This document shows, piece after piece, positions 25,246 to 35,940 of a stretch of DNA of 64,000 bases (within the stretch, counting starts at the first letter, position 1; each line of letters begins with the position of its first letter). The notes under the pieces are model-generated. The model made no database searches. It had not been told where the DNA came from and saw only the letters and a list, made by a program, of their open reading frames with translations. The stretch comes from Candidatus Sungiibacteriota bacterium. Lineage in GTDB: Bacteria > Patescibacteriota > Minisyncoccia > Sungbacterales > JACQCQ01. The translations under genes and the position numbers were made by a program. The DNA lies in assembly GCA_016201505.1 (NCBI GenBank), contig JACQCQ010000002.1, forward strand, positions 12,750 through 76,749. The letters run 5' to 3'.

Positions 25246-26448
25246 ATGCCTATTGAGAAGATCAGCCGAACACAATTTTTGGCGTTGGTGGCTATCGTAG
25301 CCTTTAGCGCCGCCGCGGGCGGCGGGATTTTTGCGTTCAGCTATGTGTTAAAAAATGCCGGGACCTCTCATTCTATTATTGGTTCTATCCCGAGCTTTGC
25401 AAATGATGAAGCCGTGGTTCAGGCGGTGGCCGAGGCCTCACCGGCGGTGGTCTCAATCGTCGAGTCAAAAGATGTTCCCATCATTGAGCAATACGGCGTT
25501 TCTCCGTTTGGCAACGATCCATTTTTCCGGCAATTTTTCGGTGATTTGCAGATTCCGCAGTATCGCCAGAAGGGAACAACAAAGCAAACGGTCGCGAGCG
25601 GCACCGGGTTTATTGTTTCTCAAGACGGCATGATCGTAACCAACAAGCACGTGGTGCCTGATGCCAACGCCGATTACACGGTCTTCATGAATGACGGCAG
25701 TACATTGTCCGCCAAAGTTTTGGCGCGTGATCCAATCGAAGATTTGGCGATTCTGAAAATAAATAAATCCGGCCTCGCCACCTTAAAACTCGGCGACTCG
25801 TCAAGGCTTAAAATCGGCCAGACCGCGATCGCCATTGGCAACTCACTCGGCGAATTTAGCAATACCGTTTCGGTCGGCGTCATCTCGGGACTACGGCGGA
25901 ATGTGACCGCCTATGCTGGGGCTCTCGGGGGCGGCGAAGATTTATCGGAACTCATTCAAACTGACGCCGCGATTAATCCCGGCAATTCAGGCGGACCGCT
26001 GCTGAACATCGAAGGCGAAGTGATCGGCATTAACACCGCGATTGTTGAAGGCGCCGAGAGCATAGGCTTCTCTATTCCCGCGAGTAAAGCCCAACACGAT
26101 ATTGATTCAATCAAGAAATCGGGGAAAATTATTTATCCCTATATGGGAGTTCGCTATGTGTCGTTAAATCGAGATCTAGAGGCGCAAAGCAAACTGCCGA
26201 CTGCCAACGGCGCTTGGCTCTTTGCGGCGGATTCAAGTTCGGCCGTTCTTCCCAGCTCGCCGGCCGAGAAGGCCGGACTTAAAACTGGGGATATCATTAT
26301 CCAAGTCAACAGTGATGAGATTGACGCAAACCATAGTCTCGCCCAGTTGCTGGAAAAATATTCTGCCGGAGATGTGATCGCGCTTTCCTATCTAAGGGAT
26401 GGTGCTCGTAAGACTACGAACCTGACGCTGGTGGAGCGCCCGCAGTGA
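25246..26448 (+). CDS. HtrA/DegP-family serine protease with C-terminal PDZ domain
   Basis: Catalytic blocks TNKHVV, DLAILKI and GNSGGPLLN. The C-terminal region is PDZ-like. Confidence 0.9.
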   Translation: MPIEKISRTQFLALVAIVAFSAAAGGGIFAFSYVLKNAGTSHSIIGSIPSFANDEAVVQAVAEASPAVVSIVESKDVPIIEQYGVSPFGNDPFFRQFFGDLQIPQYRQKGTTKQTVASGTGFIVSQDGMIVTNKHVVPDANADYTVFMNDGSTLSAKVLARDPIEDLAILKINKSGLATLKLGDSSRLKIGQTAIAIGNSLGEFSNTVSVGVISGLRRNVTAYAGALGGGEDLSELIQTDAAINPGNSGGPLLNIEGEVIGINTAIVEGAESIGFSIPASKAQHDIDSIKKSGKIIYPYMGVRYVSLNRDLEAQSKLPTANGAWLFAADSSSAVLPSSPAEKAGLKTGDIIIQVNSDEIDANHSLAQLLEKYSAGDVIALSYLRDGARKTTNLTLVERPQ

Positions 26449-26760
26449 AACATTGTTCGATTATTCGGCATATAATATATCCAATCAAAACAGTCTCAAA
26501 CTCGAAATGGAAACCCGGGTTGATTCATTGGGGTTATCAGCACCGAAGGCTTAGGTAGCGGTTTTCTTTGATGGTTTGATGAAAGTCAGCCCGGTAGGCT
26601 TGGTTAAAACGCTTTAACTATGGGCGAAATCTGGATTGATTTATCCGATTTTTTAAGCTATAGTCAGACTAGACACTGCCAAACGGCATGCGTTGAGAGA
26701 CCAGAGTAAAAGATTTAAGTTTCTTTTAACCCTCGTTTTTCAATTGCCTGCACAAAACGA

Positions 26761-29442
26761 ATGCAAATGCCGCCGTTCAACAATTTCACCAATAAGGCGC
26801 AGGAAGTCTTAAAGAAATCGCACGATCTGGCGCTTGAGCGCTCGCATCGGGAGGTGGATACCCTGCACGTTTTGACCTCGCTCGTATTGCAAGAGGAGGG
26901 GATTGTTGAAGCTATATTGGAAAAACTGGATATCGATATTTCGCAGCTGGCCGACAAGCTGCTTGAGCTGCTTGACTCGATGCCGCGCGGCGCTTCGATG
27001 TCGGTCATCGGACAGGTGTATTTAACGCCGGATTTGGTGCGCGTCATGGAGCAGGCGCACCGCGAGGCCGGCCAATTAAAAGACGAATTTATTTCAACTG
27101 AACATTTAATGCTGGCCATCGCCGAAATCCCTTCTCGTTCGCGCGACATGTTGTTAAACGCCGGACTGACGAAAGACAATATTTTAAAATCTCTGCAAGA
27201 GTTGCGCGGCAACACGCGGGTTACCGACGCCGAGCCGGAAACAAAATACAACGTCATTGAAAAATACGCGCGCAATTTAACCCGGCTGGCCAAAGCCGAC
27301 AAGCTCGATCCCGTTATCGGCCGCGATGAAGAAATCCGCCGCGTCATGCAGGTGCTTTCACGCCGCACCAAAAATAATCCGGTGCTGATCGGAGAGGCAG
27401 GCGTGGGCAAGACCGCGATCGCCGAAGGACTGGCGCAAAAAATTGTTGCCGGCGAAGTACCGGAGTCACTTAAAGATCGTGAACTGATTTCGCTGGATCT
27501 CGGTTCGCTGGTTGCCGGAACAAAATATCGCGGTGAATTTGAAGACCGGATGAAAGCGATTTTAAAAGAGCTTGAGCGGGCTGACGGAAAATATATTATC
27601 TTTATTGACGAATTACATACGATTGTAGGCGCCGGTGCGGCCGAAGGCGCGATTGACGCCTCGAATATGTTAAAGCCGCCGTTAGCCCGCGGCGAACTGC
27701 ACGCGATTGGCGCGACAACTCTGAAAGAGTACCAAAAATATATCGAACGTGATCCGGCGCTGGCGCGGAGATTTCAGCCGGTTTATGTCGATGAGCCGAC
27801 GATCGAAGAAACAGTGGCTATTTTAAAAGGCTTGAAGCACCGCTATGAAGTCCATCACGGCATTAAGATCACGGACGGGGCCTTGGTCGCGGCCGCCAAT
27901 CTTTCATCGCGCTATATTACCGACCGCTTTCTGCCCGATAAAGCCGTTGACTTGATTGACGAGGCGGCCTCGAGTTTGCGGCTTGAGATTGATTCAACGC
28001 CCAGAAAATTAGAGGAACTGCGGCATGAAATCATGAAGCATGAAATTGAGCGTGAGGGACTCAAAACCGCCAAAGACAAAATTTCGAAAGACCGGCAAAA
28101 AAAGATTGCCAAGGATCTGGAGATGTTAAAAGAAGAATACGCTAAGATCGAAGAGACCTGGAAGAGCGAGAAAGGTTCGATTTCCGAAATCCGCGAATTT
28201 AAAAAGACGCTTGATCAATTGCGCCAAGAATCAGCCTCGGCCGAGCGCGAAGGCGACTTTGGCAAAGTGGCCGAAATTCGCTACGGGCGCATTCCTGAAA
28301 CGGAAAAGAAGCTGCGGTTGGCCGAAACAAAATTGCGCAGACTTCAAACCGCTCGTCAGGTGGTTAAGGAAGAAGTGACTGAAGAAGAGGTTGGGGACGT
28401 CGTCGCGCGCTGGACGGGCATTCCCGTAACCAAGATTTTGGAAGCCGAAGCCGAGAAACTGATTCATATGGAAGAGGCCTTAAAACAGAGAGTCATCGGC
28501 CAGGCTGAAGCGGTGGAAAAAATTGCCAACGCGGTACGAAGATCTCGGGCGGGCATTTCTGATGAAGATCGGCCGATGGGTTCGTTTATCTTTTTGGGCC
28601 CGACGGGTGTCGGCAAGACGGAACTCGCCAAAACCCTCGCCCAATTTCTCTTCAACGATGAGAAGGCTCTCATTCGATTCGACATGTCCGAGTTCATGGA
28701 AAAACACACGGCTTCCAAGTTCTTCGGTTCGCCGCCGGGGTATGTCGGCTATGAAGAGGGCGGCCAGTTGACCGAGATGGTAAAACACCGGCCGTATTCC
28801 GTCGTTCTTTTCGATGAAATTGAAAAAGCCCATCACGATGTGTTTAATGTGCTTCTGCAGATTTTGGATAATGGGCGCCTGACGGATGCCAAGGGCCGCA
28901 CAGTGAACTTCAAAAATACGATTATCATCATGACTTCGAATGTCGGCAGCGAATTCGTGCAAGACTACTCACGACTTGGATTCTTGGGCGGGAGTGAAGA
29001 TACAAAATTAAAAGAAGAAGAGGATGTTCAATCCAAGATTAGGAAGACGCTGGAACGAAATTTTCGGCCGGAATTCTTAAATCGGGTGGATGAGATTATC
29101 TACTTCAAGGCTTTAACGCCCGAGGTTATCCGCGAAATTGTCGACATTCAGTTGTCGCGCGTAGCGCAACGCATGTCGAAAAAAGAAGTGGCACTTGAAT
29201 TCTCGAGTACCCTCCGCGATTATGTGGCGGAAAACGGCTATGACTCAAGGTACGGCGCACGGCCGTTAAAGCGATTCATTGAATCAAAGATTTTAAATCC
29301 CTTGGCTTCTGAAGTTGTCTCATCCCGCATAAATCCGGGGGACTCGATCTTTGTTGATATCCGGGATGGAGAAGTCACCCTCGAGAAATCCGGCATACGG
29401 CTGGCCACGGCGAAAAAACGGAATCTGGCAAAAATTAAGTAA
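26761..29442 (+). CDS. clpB: ClpB-type AAA+ disaggregase chaperone
   Basis: Two AAA+ modules (GEAGVGKT and GPTGVGKT Walker A) and a long coiled-coil middle domain. 893 aa. Confidence 0.9.
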   Translation: MQMPPFNNFTNKAQEVLKKSHDLALERSHREVDTLHVLTSLVLQEEGIVEAILEKLDIDISQLADKLLELLDSMPRGASMSVIGQVYLTPDLVRVMEQAHREAGQLKDEFISTEHLMLAIAEIPSRSRDMLLNAGLTKDNILKSLQELRGNTRVTDAEPETKYNVIEKYARNLTRLAKADKLDPVIGRDEEIRRVMQVLSRRTKNNPVLIGEAGVGKTAIAEGLAQKIVAGEVPESLKDRELISLDLGSLVAGTKYRGEFEDRMKAILKELERADGKYIIFIDELHTIVGAGAAEGAIDASNMLKPPLARGELHAIGATTLKEYQKYIERDPALARRFQPVYVDEPTIEETVAILKGLKHRYEVHHGIKITDGALVAAANLSSRYITDRFLPDKAVDLIDEAASSLRLEIDSTPRKLEELRHEIMKHEIEREGLKTAKDKISKDRQKKIAKDLEMLKEEYAKIEETWKSEKGSISEIREFKKTLDQLRQESASAEREGDFGKVAEIRYGRIPETEKKLRLAETKLRRLQTARQVVKEEVTEEEVGDVVARWTGIPVTKILEAEAEKLIHMEEALKQRVIGQAEAVEKIANAVRRSRAGISDEDRPMGSFIFLGPTGVGKTELAKTLAQFLFNDEKALIRFDMSEFMEKHTASKFFGSPPGYVGYEEGGQLTEMVKHRPYSVVLFDEIEKAHHDVFNVLLQILDNGRLTDAKGRTVNFKNTIIIMTSNVGSEFVQDYSRLGFLGGSEDTKLKEEEDVQSKIRKTLERNFRPEFLNRVDEIIYFKALTPEVIREIVDIQLSRVAQRMSKKEVALEFSSTLRDYVAENGYDSRYGARPLKRFIESKILNPLASEVVSSRINPGDSIFVDIRDGEVTLEKSGIRLATAKKRNLAKIK

Positions 29443-29445
29443 TAA

Positions 29446-29483
29446 GCAAATAGCAAATAGCAAATAGCAAATAGCAAATAGTT
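29446..29483 (+). repeat. Heptanucleotide microsatellite (AGCAAAT) x 5 to 6
   Basis: Seen directly between clpB and the next ORF, abutting a TTGACA hexamer. Confidence 0.8.
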
Positions 29484-29486
29484 GAC

Positions 29487-29512
29487 AAAAGCGCCGTCAG
29501 GCGCTTTTGTGG
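29487..29512 (+). terminator. Hairpin terminator (AAAAGCGCC gtca GGCGCTTTT + GTGG)
   Basis: Seen directly after clpB. Confidence 0.55.
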
Positions 29513-29561
29513 TTATACGAGCCTTGATATCCGAAGCGCAGGTAAAAAGTGAGGTGTTTAC

Positions 29562-29834
29562 ATGACCAAGGCCAAGGTTCTTGCGGTAATCGCGCTCTAC
29601 CGCGAGCGATTCGAAAAAGAGGGGATAGGGAAAATCAAGTTGGCTCATGATGCGATTCCCGCCTCGAGTGGTCAGGTACTAGAGCACTGTCACGCCATGC
29701 TCGACCAAATGGTGGAGTTCATGGCAGAAGGTAGGCTGGAGAAGGTCTTCAGATGGCTCGGCTTCATCCAGGGATGTTTCTGGCGAGCGGGTTGGTATAC
29801 CCTGGATGAACTTAAAGACCATAATCGGCCCTGA
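29562..29834 (+). CDS. Hypothetical protein (90 aa)
   Basis: ORF only. Confidence 0.3.
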   Translation: MTKAKVLAVIALYRERFEKEGIGKIKLAHDAIPASSGQVLEHCHAMLDQMVEFMAEGRLEKVFRWLGFIQGCFWRAGWYTLDELKDHNRP

Positions 29835-29910
29835 CCGAGATGGTTTGGTAAATCCCATGAACCAGGGCGGTGCAGAACAGTGCGCCGCTTTAAATTTGCC
29901 GAAAACCAAA

Positions 29911-30645
29911 ATGTCTCATAGACTTGTATGTACTATGGGACAGGGACCTCTTCCAATCGAAACGCGCCGCCAGGTCTATGCCTTTGTCTTATCTCTCTAT
30001 GAGACATTTGAAGCCCTGCCGGAGCGGGGAATATTAGTCCAAGACATTGAGTCTGCTTCAAATCGCATCTTGGGGTATGTAGCCAAATACGCTTTAGCTG
30101 AATCAAAATCCAAAAATCTAAAGGACATCGTGGGCGAGATTAAAGGACTAAGAGCTTTACTTGGTATTGTAAGGGACACGTCGGTTCTGGAACGATACAA
30201 AGCGCGTATCACTTTAGAGGCCTGCTCGAAATTAGAAGAGCTTTTTCTCTCACTTCTATCAGAAGCGGCGGTGGATGAAAAAGAAGCCGAATCACCACCA
30301 GCTCTAAATATGCCGTATGATACCATGAGGGTTATGATCCAAGCCTCTCCGCAGCTCCCGATGAAAACTGAAGATGCCGGTCGGCCCAGAAGTGAAGCAG
30401 ATCCCACGGCCTCTTCGCCGGCTGTTATGCCTTCTCAGCCAAGCGATGATAGGTATCTTTCGGCCCGCCAAGAGGCCATCATGGAGGTTCTGCGTCACCG
30501 GCCGAGAGTCTCGGTGGGGGATCTGGCCAATTTATTTATGAGCCGCGTCTCCCGCAAGACGCTCCAGCGGGATCTTCAGGAGCTGATTGAAAAGAATATT
30601 GTTAAAAAAGAAGGCGACCGTCGCTGGACTCATTATTTCGTATAA
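29911..30645 (+). CDS. Putative transcriptional regulator with C-terminal winged-helix HTH domain
   Basis: C-terminal RQEAIMEVLRHRPRVSVGDLANLFMSRVSRKTLQRDLQELIEKNIV is a DeoR/MarR-like wHTH. Confidence 0.45.
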   Translation: MSHRLVCTMGQGPLPIETRRQVYAFVLSLYETFEALPERGILVQDIESASNRILGYVAKYALAESKSKNLKDIVGEIKGLRALLGIVRDTSVLERYKARITLEACSKLEELFLSLLSEAAVDEKEAESPPALNMPYDTMRVMIQASPQLPMKTEDAGRPRSEADPTASSPAVMPSQPSDDRYLSARQEAIMEVLRHRPRVSVGDLANLFMSRVSRKTLQRDLQELIEKNIVKKEGDRRWTHYFV

Positions 30646-30665
30646 GCTTCGATAAAGGACAAATT

Positions 30666-30701
30666 ATAAAGGACATGAACCATATGAGTCATGTCCTTTA
30701 T
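30666..30701 (+). terminator. Hairpin (13-bp stem ATAAAGGACATGA / TCATGTCCTTTAT)
   Basis: Seen directly after the regulator gene. Confidence 0.4.
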
Positions 30702-31475
30702 GTTATGTCCCTTATTGCCGACCTTTTTCTTCCTGCTTTATCTAACTAATAGCGGGTAAGAATCGTCTCATCTATTTTTTGGTTTGATCAGCGGCGCAGG
30801 CATCAAATTTGACGAAAGATATTATTTAGTTTTTAGCACAATTTCGGCTCAAAAGGCGTTGACTTTGGTGTCATACCGGCATACTCTGATATTGGCCCGT
30901 AGGGTTCTTTTTTTACCTCGACGGCTTGGGCTTGGCTAATCTTGGATGAAAGTAGCGGCTAGGCTTATCCCCGTCAATTGGTTATCCACACGAGAGAGCT
31001 TGAGCCTGGAAGAGTCGAGCCATATAATAGGAACATCGCATATGGCCTGAAAGTTTGGCGAAATAAACGAACCGAATTTTTGGTGTCGTTTGTGCGTGTA
31101 AGAAATCAGAGCATGTTCCAGGGATAGTTAAAAAAATCAGGACCGAAAAGTTCAGCGGCTTAAAATTCACTAAGCAACTGAACTTTCCGGTACTGGCAAT
31201 CTCGGAGAGAATTGCGGTTGACGCAAGGAACTTCGGGAGGAGGCGTACGGAAAGAGTGGTTCGACAAGCTCACTATAAACAGTGCGGCATCGAATCAATC
31301 TTGATCAGCTTGAGATTGAGTCATCATACTCGTCCCGAGTGCAGTCGAGGGATTGATCATTCACAACTGAATGATTACGGTCGAAATATTCTTTGCCAGA
31401 AGAATGTAAATTCTTTTTGCAATTGGAGTAAGTATTTTAGTCTAGATTATTCTCAGATGCTCATCTGGTCGGCCT

Positions 31476-31515
31476 GTCCAAATCTTTTGCCTGACCATCG
31501 GCAAAAGATTTGGAC
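31476..31515 (+). promoter_or_regulatory. Perfect 16-bp stem hairpin (GTCCAAATCTTTTGCC tgaccatc GGCAAAAGATTTGGAC) in the long leader of the giant surface-protein gene
   Basis: Seen directly, about 145 nt upstream of the ATG at 31660. Confidence 0.4.
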
Positions 31516-31659
31516 GGGAAGGACGAGCATCATGCAAGAAAAAATATCCATCGGTATACGACCATCGGCTGATACACCTGTCTCTTCGTCGAACAGATAT
31601 CAACTGATGCGCTCGAGGTTTAAAACACCGGCGAGCATTAAAATAGAATTAATCACGAT

Positions 31660-34600
31660 ATGAGTAAAACATTCAAAGCGAGACTGAAAGTGGCCGCCAT
31701 CGCGGTGGCGACAACCGTCTCGATCTCTGGAGCTCTCATCGTTGCCCCGCAATTAGCCAAAGCAGATGCAATCAGCGATCTCATGGCACAAATTGCGGCG
31801 CTTCAGTCACAGATCGCAGCCCTTCAGGGCGGCGGCTCATCTGGCACCGGCACTGGTCTCAATCTGACGACCAATCTTGGCCCTGGCTCGAAAGGAGCAG
31901 CCGTTACTGCATTACAGACTGCATTGAAGACTGATGCGTCAGTCTATCCGGAAGGAATCGTTTCAGGTTTCTATGGGTCACTGACAACGAAAGCGGTACA
32001 GCGCTTCCAAGCGAAGTACGCCATTGTTAGCTCTGGAACACCATCCGCCACTGGATACGGTGCGGTTGGTCCAAAGACACGTGCGAAATTAAATTCAGTA
32101 TATGGAGGTACAGGTGGTACTACGGGTACTGGAACTACGGGTACAACCGCAGTAGGTTCGGGCCTCACGGTTTCATCCGTTACCCAGCCATCAGCTACAC
32201 TCGCCCCCCAAGGTGCCTCACGACTGCCATTTGTTAAGGTTCAATTGAGCGCCTCAAGTGACGGCGATGTGACCGTAAAGAGTCTCACCGTAGCCCGACA
32301 AGGACTTGGCGATGACGCGGTATTCACTGATCTTGCGCTCCTAGATGATAACGGCATGCAGATTGGTTTGACCAAGACCTTCAATGCCAACCACACCTTA
32401 AGTTTTAACTCTCCGTTTACGGTGAAAGCCGGAACGACGAGGACGCTGACGGTAGGAGGCAACATGGCCGCCAGCCTTGCAGCCTACGCGGGTGAAGTCA
32501 TCAATCTGGCGGTTACCGCCGTTGATGCCGGCACTTCCGCAGTTTCCGGATCATTGCCAGTAGCCGGAAACGGCATGACGATCAACGCCAGCCTCACTAT
32601 TGGTGCGGCGACTGTTCAGATCGGCACGACTGATCCGCAAGCTTCTTCGACCGCCAAAAACGTTGGTGACTCGAACTTCATCTTTTCCGCAGTCCGCATG
32701 ACTGCCGGATCGGCTGAAGATCTGACCGTCAAATCAATTCGTTGGGAACAAGTTGGTTCAGTCGGCAGCGCAGACATTGACAACGTAACGGTTGTCGTTG
32801 GCGGAACAAGTTATCCGACGACAAACGACGGCAAATTCTACTGGGCCAGCTTTGGCAGCAGCGGCATTATGGTTCCGAAAGGCAACTCGCTTGAAATTGC
32901 CATTAAGGGTGATTTCGTAAACGGCTCTGGCCGCACGGCGCAGTTCAACATTCGGAAGGCCTACGACATTGTCATGACCGGCAACCTCTTCGGCTACAAC
33001 GTTACGCCGACAGGATCCGGCGGTCACTTCTCGACAGCTGAACCGTTCTTCGGCGGCTATCTGGCCACCGTAAATAACGGTACGTTGCTCGTCCAGAAGG
33101 ATAACACTGTTACTGCAACAAACATTCCGTTGAACACTTCAAACGTTCCGCTGGGATCGTTCCTCTTCACCGCTCGCGGTGAGGCGATTCAGATCACCAG
33201 CCTGCCGATTACTTTCACGGGGTCAACCTCGCCGAATCTGACGGGTGTGGCCATCTACGACAAGAATGGCAACGTCGTTGCGGGTCCAAAGGATCTTGCG
33301 GTAACCGGCGGCCCGACCACGATGACCTTCACTGATACGATTACCGTCCCGACGGGTGATAATGTCTACACCCTCAAGGGTAAACTGGGAACACAGTTCA
33401 ACAACGGTGATACGATTGGTATCAGTATGACGCCGTCTGGCTTCACTGCTCGTGGAACTGTAACGGGTAATACCATTACCCCGACGCCATCGTCGGCAGT
33501 TACGGGTAACACCCAAACCGTCCGCTCCGCCGCGCTCTCCTCTTCTATCGCTTCTACGCCGGTTGTGCAGAATGTGGTGAGAGGTGTCAACGGCTTCAAG
33601 TTCGCGACGATTCAGTATGACGCTTCTAACTCGGGTGAGGACCTGCGCATTACCTCACAGGCTTTGACTGACACGCTGACGAACAGCGCTGTGGCCGGAG
33701 ACCTTACCTCCTGCTTCCTCTACGACGGAACGACAATCTTGAACGATGGTTCTAACGTAGTCAACCCATCGGCGGCCGCCAATACCTTCACCTTCACGAA
33801 CGGCTTAGTCGTTACGAAAGGCACGGTCAAGAACGTGGACCTCAAGTGTAATATCACCTCGAGCGCGGTCTCAAACGGCACGCACTCCTGGGGATTCACT
33901 GCGGCGCAGACAGCCGCTGTTACTGGGTTAACCACCGGTAACACGGTTACCCCCCTACAGTCACTCCAACTTGGACAAGGCATGACCGTCAAGGTTGGTG
34001 GTTCATTCACCATCACTCTTGATACCTCAAGCCCGACTGAACGCTATGGTATTGCCAATTCAACCGGCAATGTCTTGTCAGTCTTCAAGCTCCATGCCGT
34101 AAATGAAGACTTGAGGCTGGATAAGATTCAGCTGTCATTCTCATCCTCGACCGCTTCTACAACCGACATTGTTCAGTTCACCCTCTGGGATGGCGCGACA
34201 CAGGTCGGATCAGGAGTATTCGCCGGATCGAACGTAACAGCCACCACGACCTTGAGCTCAAGCGTCATTATCCCCAAGGATGGTGATAAGCTTCTAACGG
34301 TAAAGGCTGATCTTACGCAGGTTGGCACTTCACAGCCAGGAACGACTGGACACACCATTGCTATTAATATCAATGGTTCCGCCACGACTTCCACGGTGGC
34401 GATTGGCCAATCATCAGGCTCATCCTTCAACTCAGGCACGAGCGCTGACGTGAACGGGAATGGTGTCAGACTGGTGAAATCCTATCCAACACTGGCACTC
34501 CTGCCGCTTCCGACGAACACCTTGTCCAATGGCCAGCAGGCCCTCTACCGCTTCTCGGTAACGGCTCCTGCCGCGGGTGACGTGGGACTCTACAAGTTCA

Positions 34601-35151
34601 CCTTCAACGTCTCCTCATCGACGGTTGCAACGTCATCGTCCTTCTCGGTCTACGGCTACTCTGATTCAGCCTTCTCCGTCCAGGCGTATAACAACAACCC
34701 GTTGAACTCGAATCCAGCGGCTGTCGTTAGTTCATCCACGATGCTCTCGATGAACTCGAAGCTGAACGGACAGTCGGGTAACGCCTCAACAAGTCAGATC
34801 GCAATCTACTTCGATCCGGTCTTGAAGACGCCAACCACGCCAAACCAAGAGGCGATTAACGTCCCGGCTGGTACGACGCGTTACTTTGAGCTCCGAGGCA
34901 CGATCACGGGCGCCATCGCAGGCGATGCGTTTATCGTAAGTCTGCAGGGTGACTCCTCGGCCCCATCGCGCACGTCAACGAACGTCTACGCGTATACTAG
35001 TATCTATGTTGATCAGAACGGCACCGGCAAGTTCATCTGGTCGCCAAACTCAACCTCCACTGCGGCCACAACGACCCAGGATTGGTTGAACGGCTACGAA
35101 CTGCCAGGGCTCCCATCGACCAACATGCAGTCGCAGACCATCTCGAAATAG
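31660..35151 (+). CDS. Giant secreted Thr/Gly/Ser-rich cell-surface protein (1163 aa) with an N-terminal peptidoglycan-binding-like (PG_binding_1-type) domain
   Basis: Signal peptide. Coiled segment ISDLMAQIAALQSQIAALQ. PGBD-like block GSKGAAVTALQTALK...GFYGSLTTKAVQRFQAKY. The remainder is beta-rich T/S/G/N repeats with many N-x-S/T sequons. Confidence 0.75.
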   Translation: MSKTFKARLKVAAIAVATTVSISGALIVAPQLAKADAISDLMAQIAALQSQIAALQGGGSSGTGTGLNLTTNLGPGSKGAAVTALQTALKTDASVYPEGIVSGFYGSLTTKAVQRFQAKYAIVSSGTPSATGYGAVGPKTRAKLNSVYGGTGGTTGTGTTGTTAVGSGLTVSSVTQPSATLAPQGASRLPFVKVQLSASSDGDVTVKSLTVARQGLGDDAVFTDLALLDDNGMQIGLTKTFNANHTLSFNSPFTVKAGTTRTLTVGGNMAASLAAYAGEVINLAVTAVDAGTSAVSGSLPVAGNGMTINASLTIGAATVQIGTTDPQASSTAKNVGDSNFIFSAVRMTAGSAEDLTVKSIRWEQVGSVGSADIDNVTVVVGGTSYPTTNDGKFYWASFGSSGIMVPKGNSLEIAIKGDFVNGSGRTAQFNIRKAYDIVMTGNLFGYNVTPTGSGGHFSTAEPFFGGYLATVNNGTLLVQKDNTVTATNIPLNTSNVPLGSFLFTARGEAIQITSLPITFTGSTSPNLTGVAIYDKNGNVVAGPKDLAVTGGPTTMTFTDTITVPTGDNVYTLKGKLGTQFNNGDTIGISMTPSGFTARGTVTGNTITPTPSSAVTGNTQTVRSAALSSSIASTPVVQNVVRGVNGFKFATIQYDASNSGEDLRITSQALTDTLTNSAVAGDLTSCFLYDGTTILNDGSNVVNPSAAANTFTFTNGLVVTKGTVKNVDLKCNITSSAVSNGTHSWGFTAAQTAAVTGLTTGNTVTPLQSLQLGQGMTVKVGGSFTITLDTSSPTERYGIANSTGNVLSVFKLHAVNEDLRLDKIQLSFSSSTASTTDIVQFTLWDGATQVGSGVFAGSNVTATTTLSSSVIIPKDGDKLLTVKADLTQVGTSQPGTTGHTIAININGSATTSTVAIGQSSGSSFNSGTSADVNGNGVRLVKSYPTLALLPLPTNTLSNGQQALYRFSVTAPAAGDVGLYKFTFNVSSSTVATSSSFSVYGYSDSAFSVQAYNNNPLNSNPAAVVSSSTMLSMNSKLNGQSGNASTSQIAIYFDPVLKTPTTPNQEAINVPAGTTRYFELRGTITGAIAGDAFIVSLQGDSSAPSRTSTNVYAYTSIYVDQNGTGKFIWSPNSTSTAATTTQDWLNGYELPGLPSTNMQSQTISK

Positions 35152-35196
35152 TCGAGAGACTGCACCTAAAGAGTTACTTGTGATAACTCGCGACTC

Positions 35197-35236
35197 AAGC
35201 CCCCCGACGTACGTCGGGGGGCTTGGTCGTTTTCGG
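35197..35236 (+). terminator. Rho-independent terminator (AAGCCCCCCGACG tacg TCGGGGGGCTT + GGTCGTTTTC)
   Basis: Seen directly after the giant gene. Confidence 0.55.
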
Positions 35237-35385
35237 CACTCAAACCCCTCTCGATGTGACGTCGAGAAGGATTTTTGTTCATGTGGATAAAAGGGTTATG
35301 TAACCTTGGCGAGTCTTAGCATGTAAGCATATAATAGGAGTGCAGATTTATTACTCATAAGCGCTCGTTTGGCGTAAAAACAAAA

Positions 35386-35922
35386 ATGAATAAACAAACA
35401 AAGGATCTTTTAAAGATGATGACCGTCGCGGGGGTCGCCGTTGTGTTAACTGCAGGCATCTCAGTACTGGCAAGCTCAATCGGCACCAGTTTTTCGGTTG
35501 ATAGCGCCCTAACCGTTACCGGCAACTCAACACTCGGGGCTAACTCTTCAAGCACCTTCACGGTCAATTCGGTTGGTACCATGGCCAACGTCACGATTAC
35601 GAATTCGACAACGACCAACGCTACCACAACCAACGTAACTTCGACTGGGTCAGCTCTATTTACGGGCAATACGACGATTGGAGATGCTGTATCTGATGTT
35701 CTGACCGTAACGGCAACGACAACGCACTCAGCTGGTTTTTATGTAAACACCTCGGGTACCTCGACGATTTATGCAACTTCACAGACTGCGCATAGAGGCG
35801 GATGTATTGAGATGAATGATTCGGAAGGCAACGCCTATCGCATTTGGATCCCAAACACTATTACGGGTGGTGCGACGACGACCGGTGTCGCACTCCATGT
35901 AGAATCAGGAACGTGCCGCTAA
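35386..35922 (+). CDS. Secreted Thr/Asn/Ser-rich small surface protein with C-terminal Cys pair
   Basis: Signal or TM N-terminus. More than 10 N-x-S/T sequons in 178 aa. Confidence 0.55.
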   Translation: MNKQTKDLLKMMTVAGVAVVLTAGISVLASSIGTSFSVDSALTVTGNSTLGANSSSTFTVNSVGTMANVTITNSTTTNATTTNVTSTGSALFTGNTTIGDAVSDVLTVTATTTHSAGFYVNTSGTSTIYATSQTAHRGGCIEMNDSEGNAYRIWIPNTITGGATTTGVALHVESGTCR

Positions 35923-35940
35923 TTATCGAATTCGCTTGTC

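Noticed and set aside
31100-31200. SRP-RNA-like motif (CAGGACCGAAAAGTTCAGC resembling the GGUCCGGAAGGAAGCAGC helix-8 region)
   Set aside because: The GNRA loop and flanking pairs do not fold into the conserved domain IV on closer inspection. Likely a chance resemblance.
31256-31663. 135-aa ORF in the leader of the giant surface-protein gene
   Set aside because: Low-complexity, Cys/His-rich translation with no RBS or motif. The region carries hairpins and a dispersed repeat, so it is treated as noncoding.
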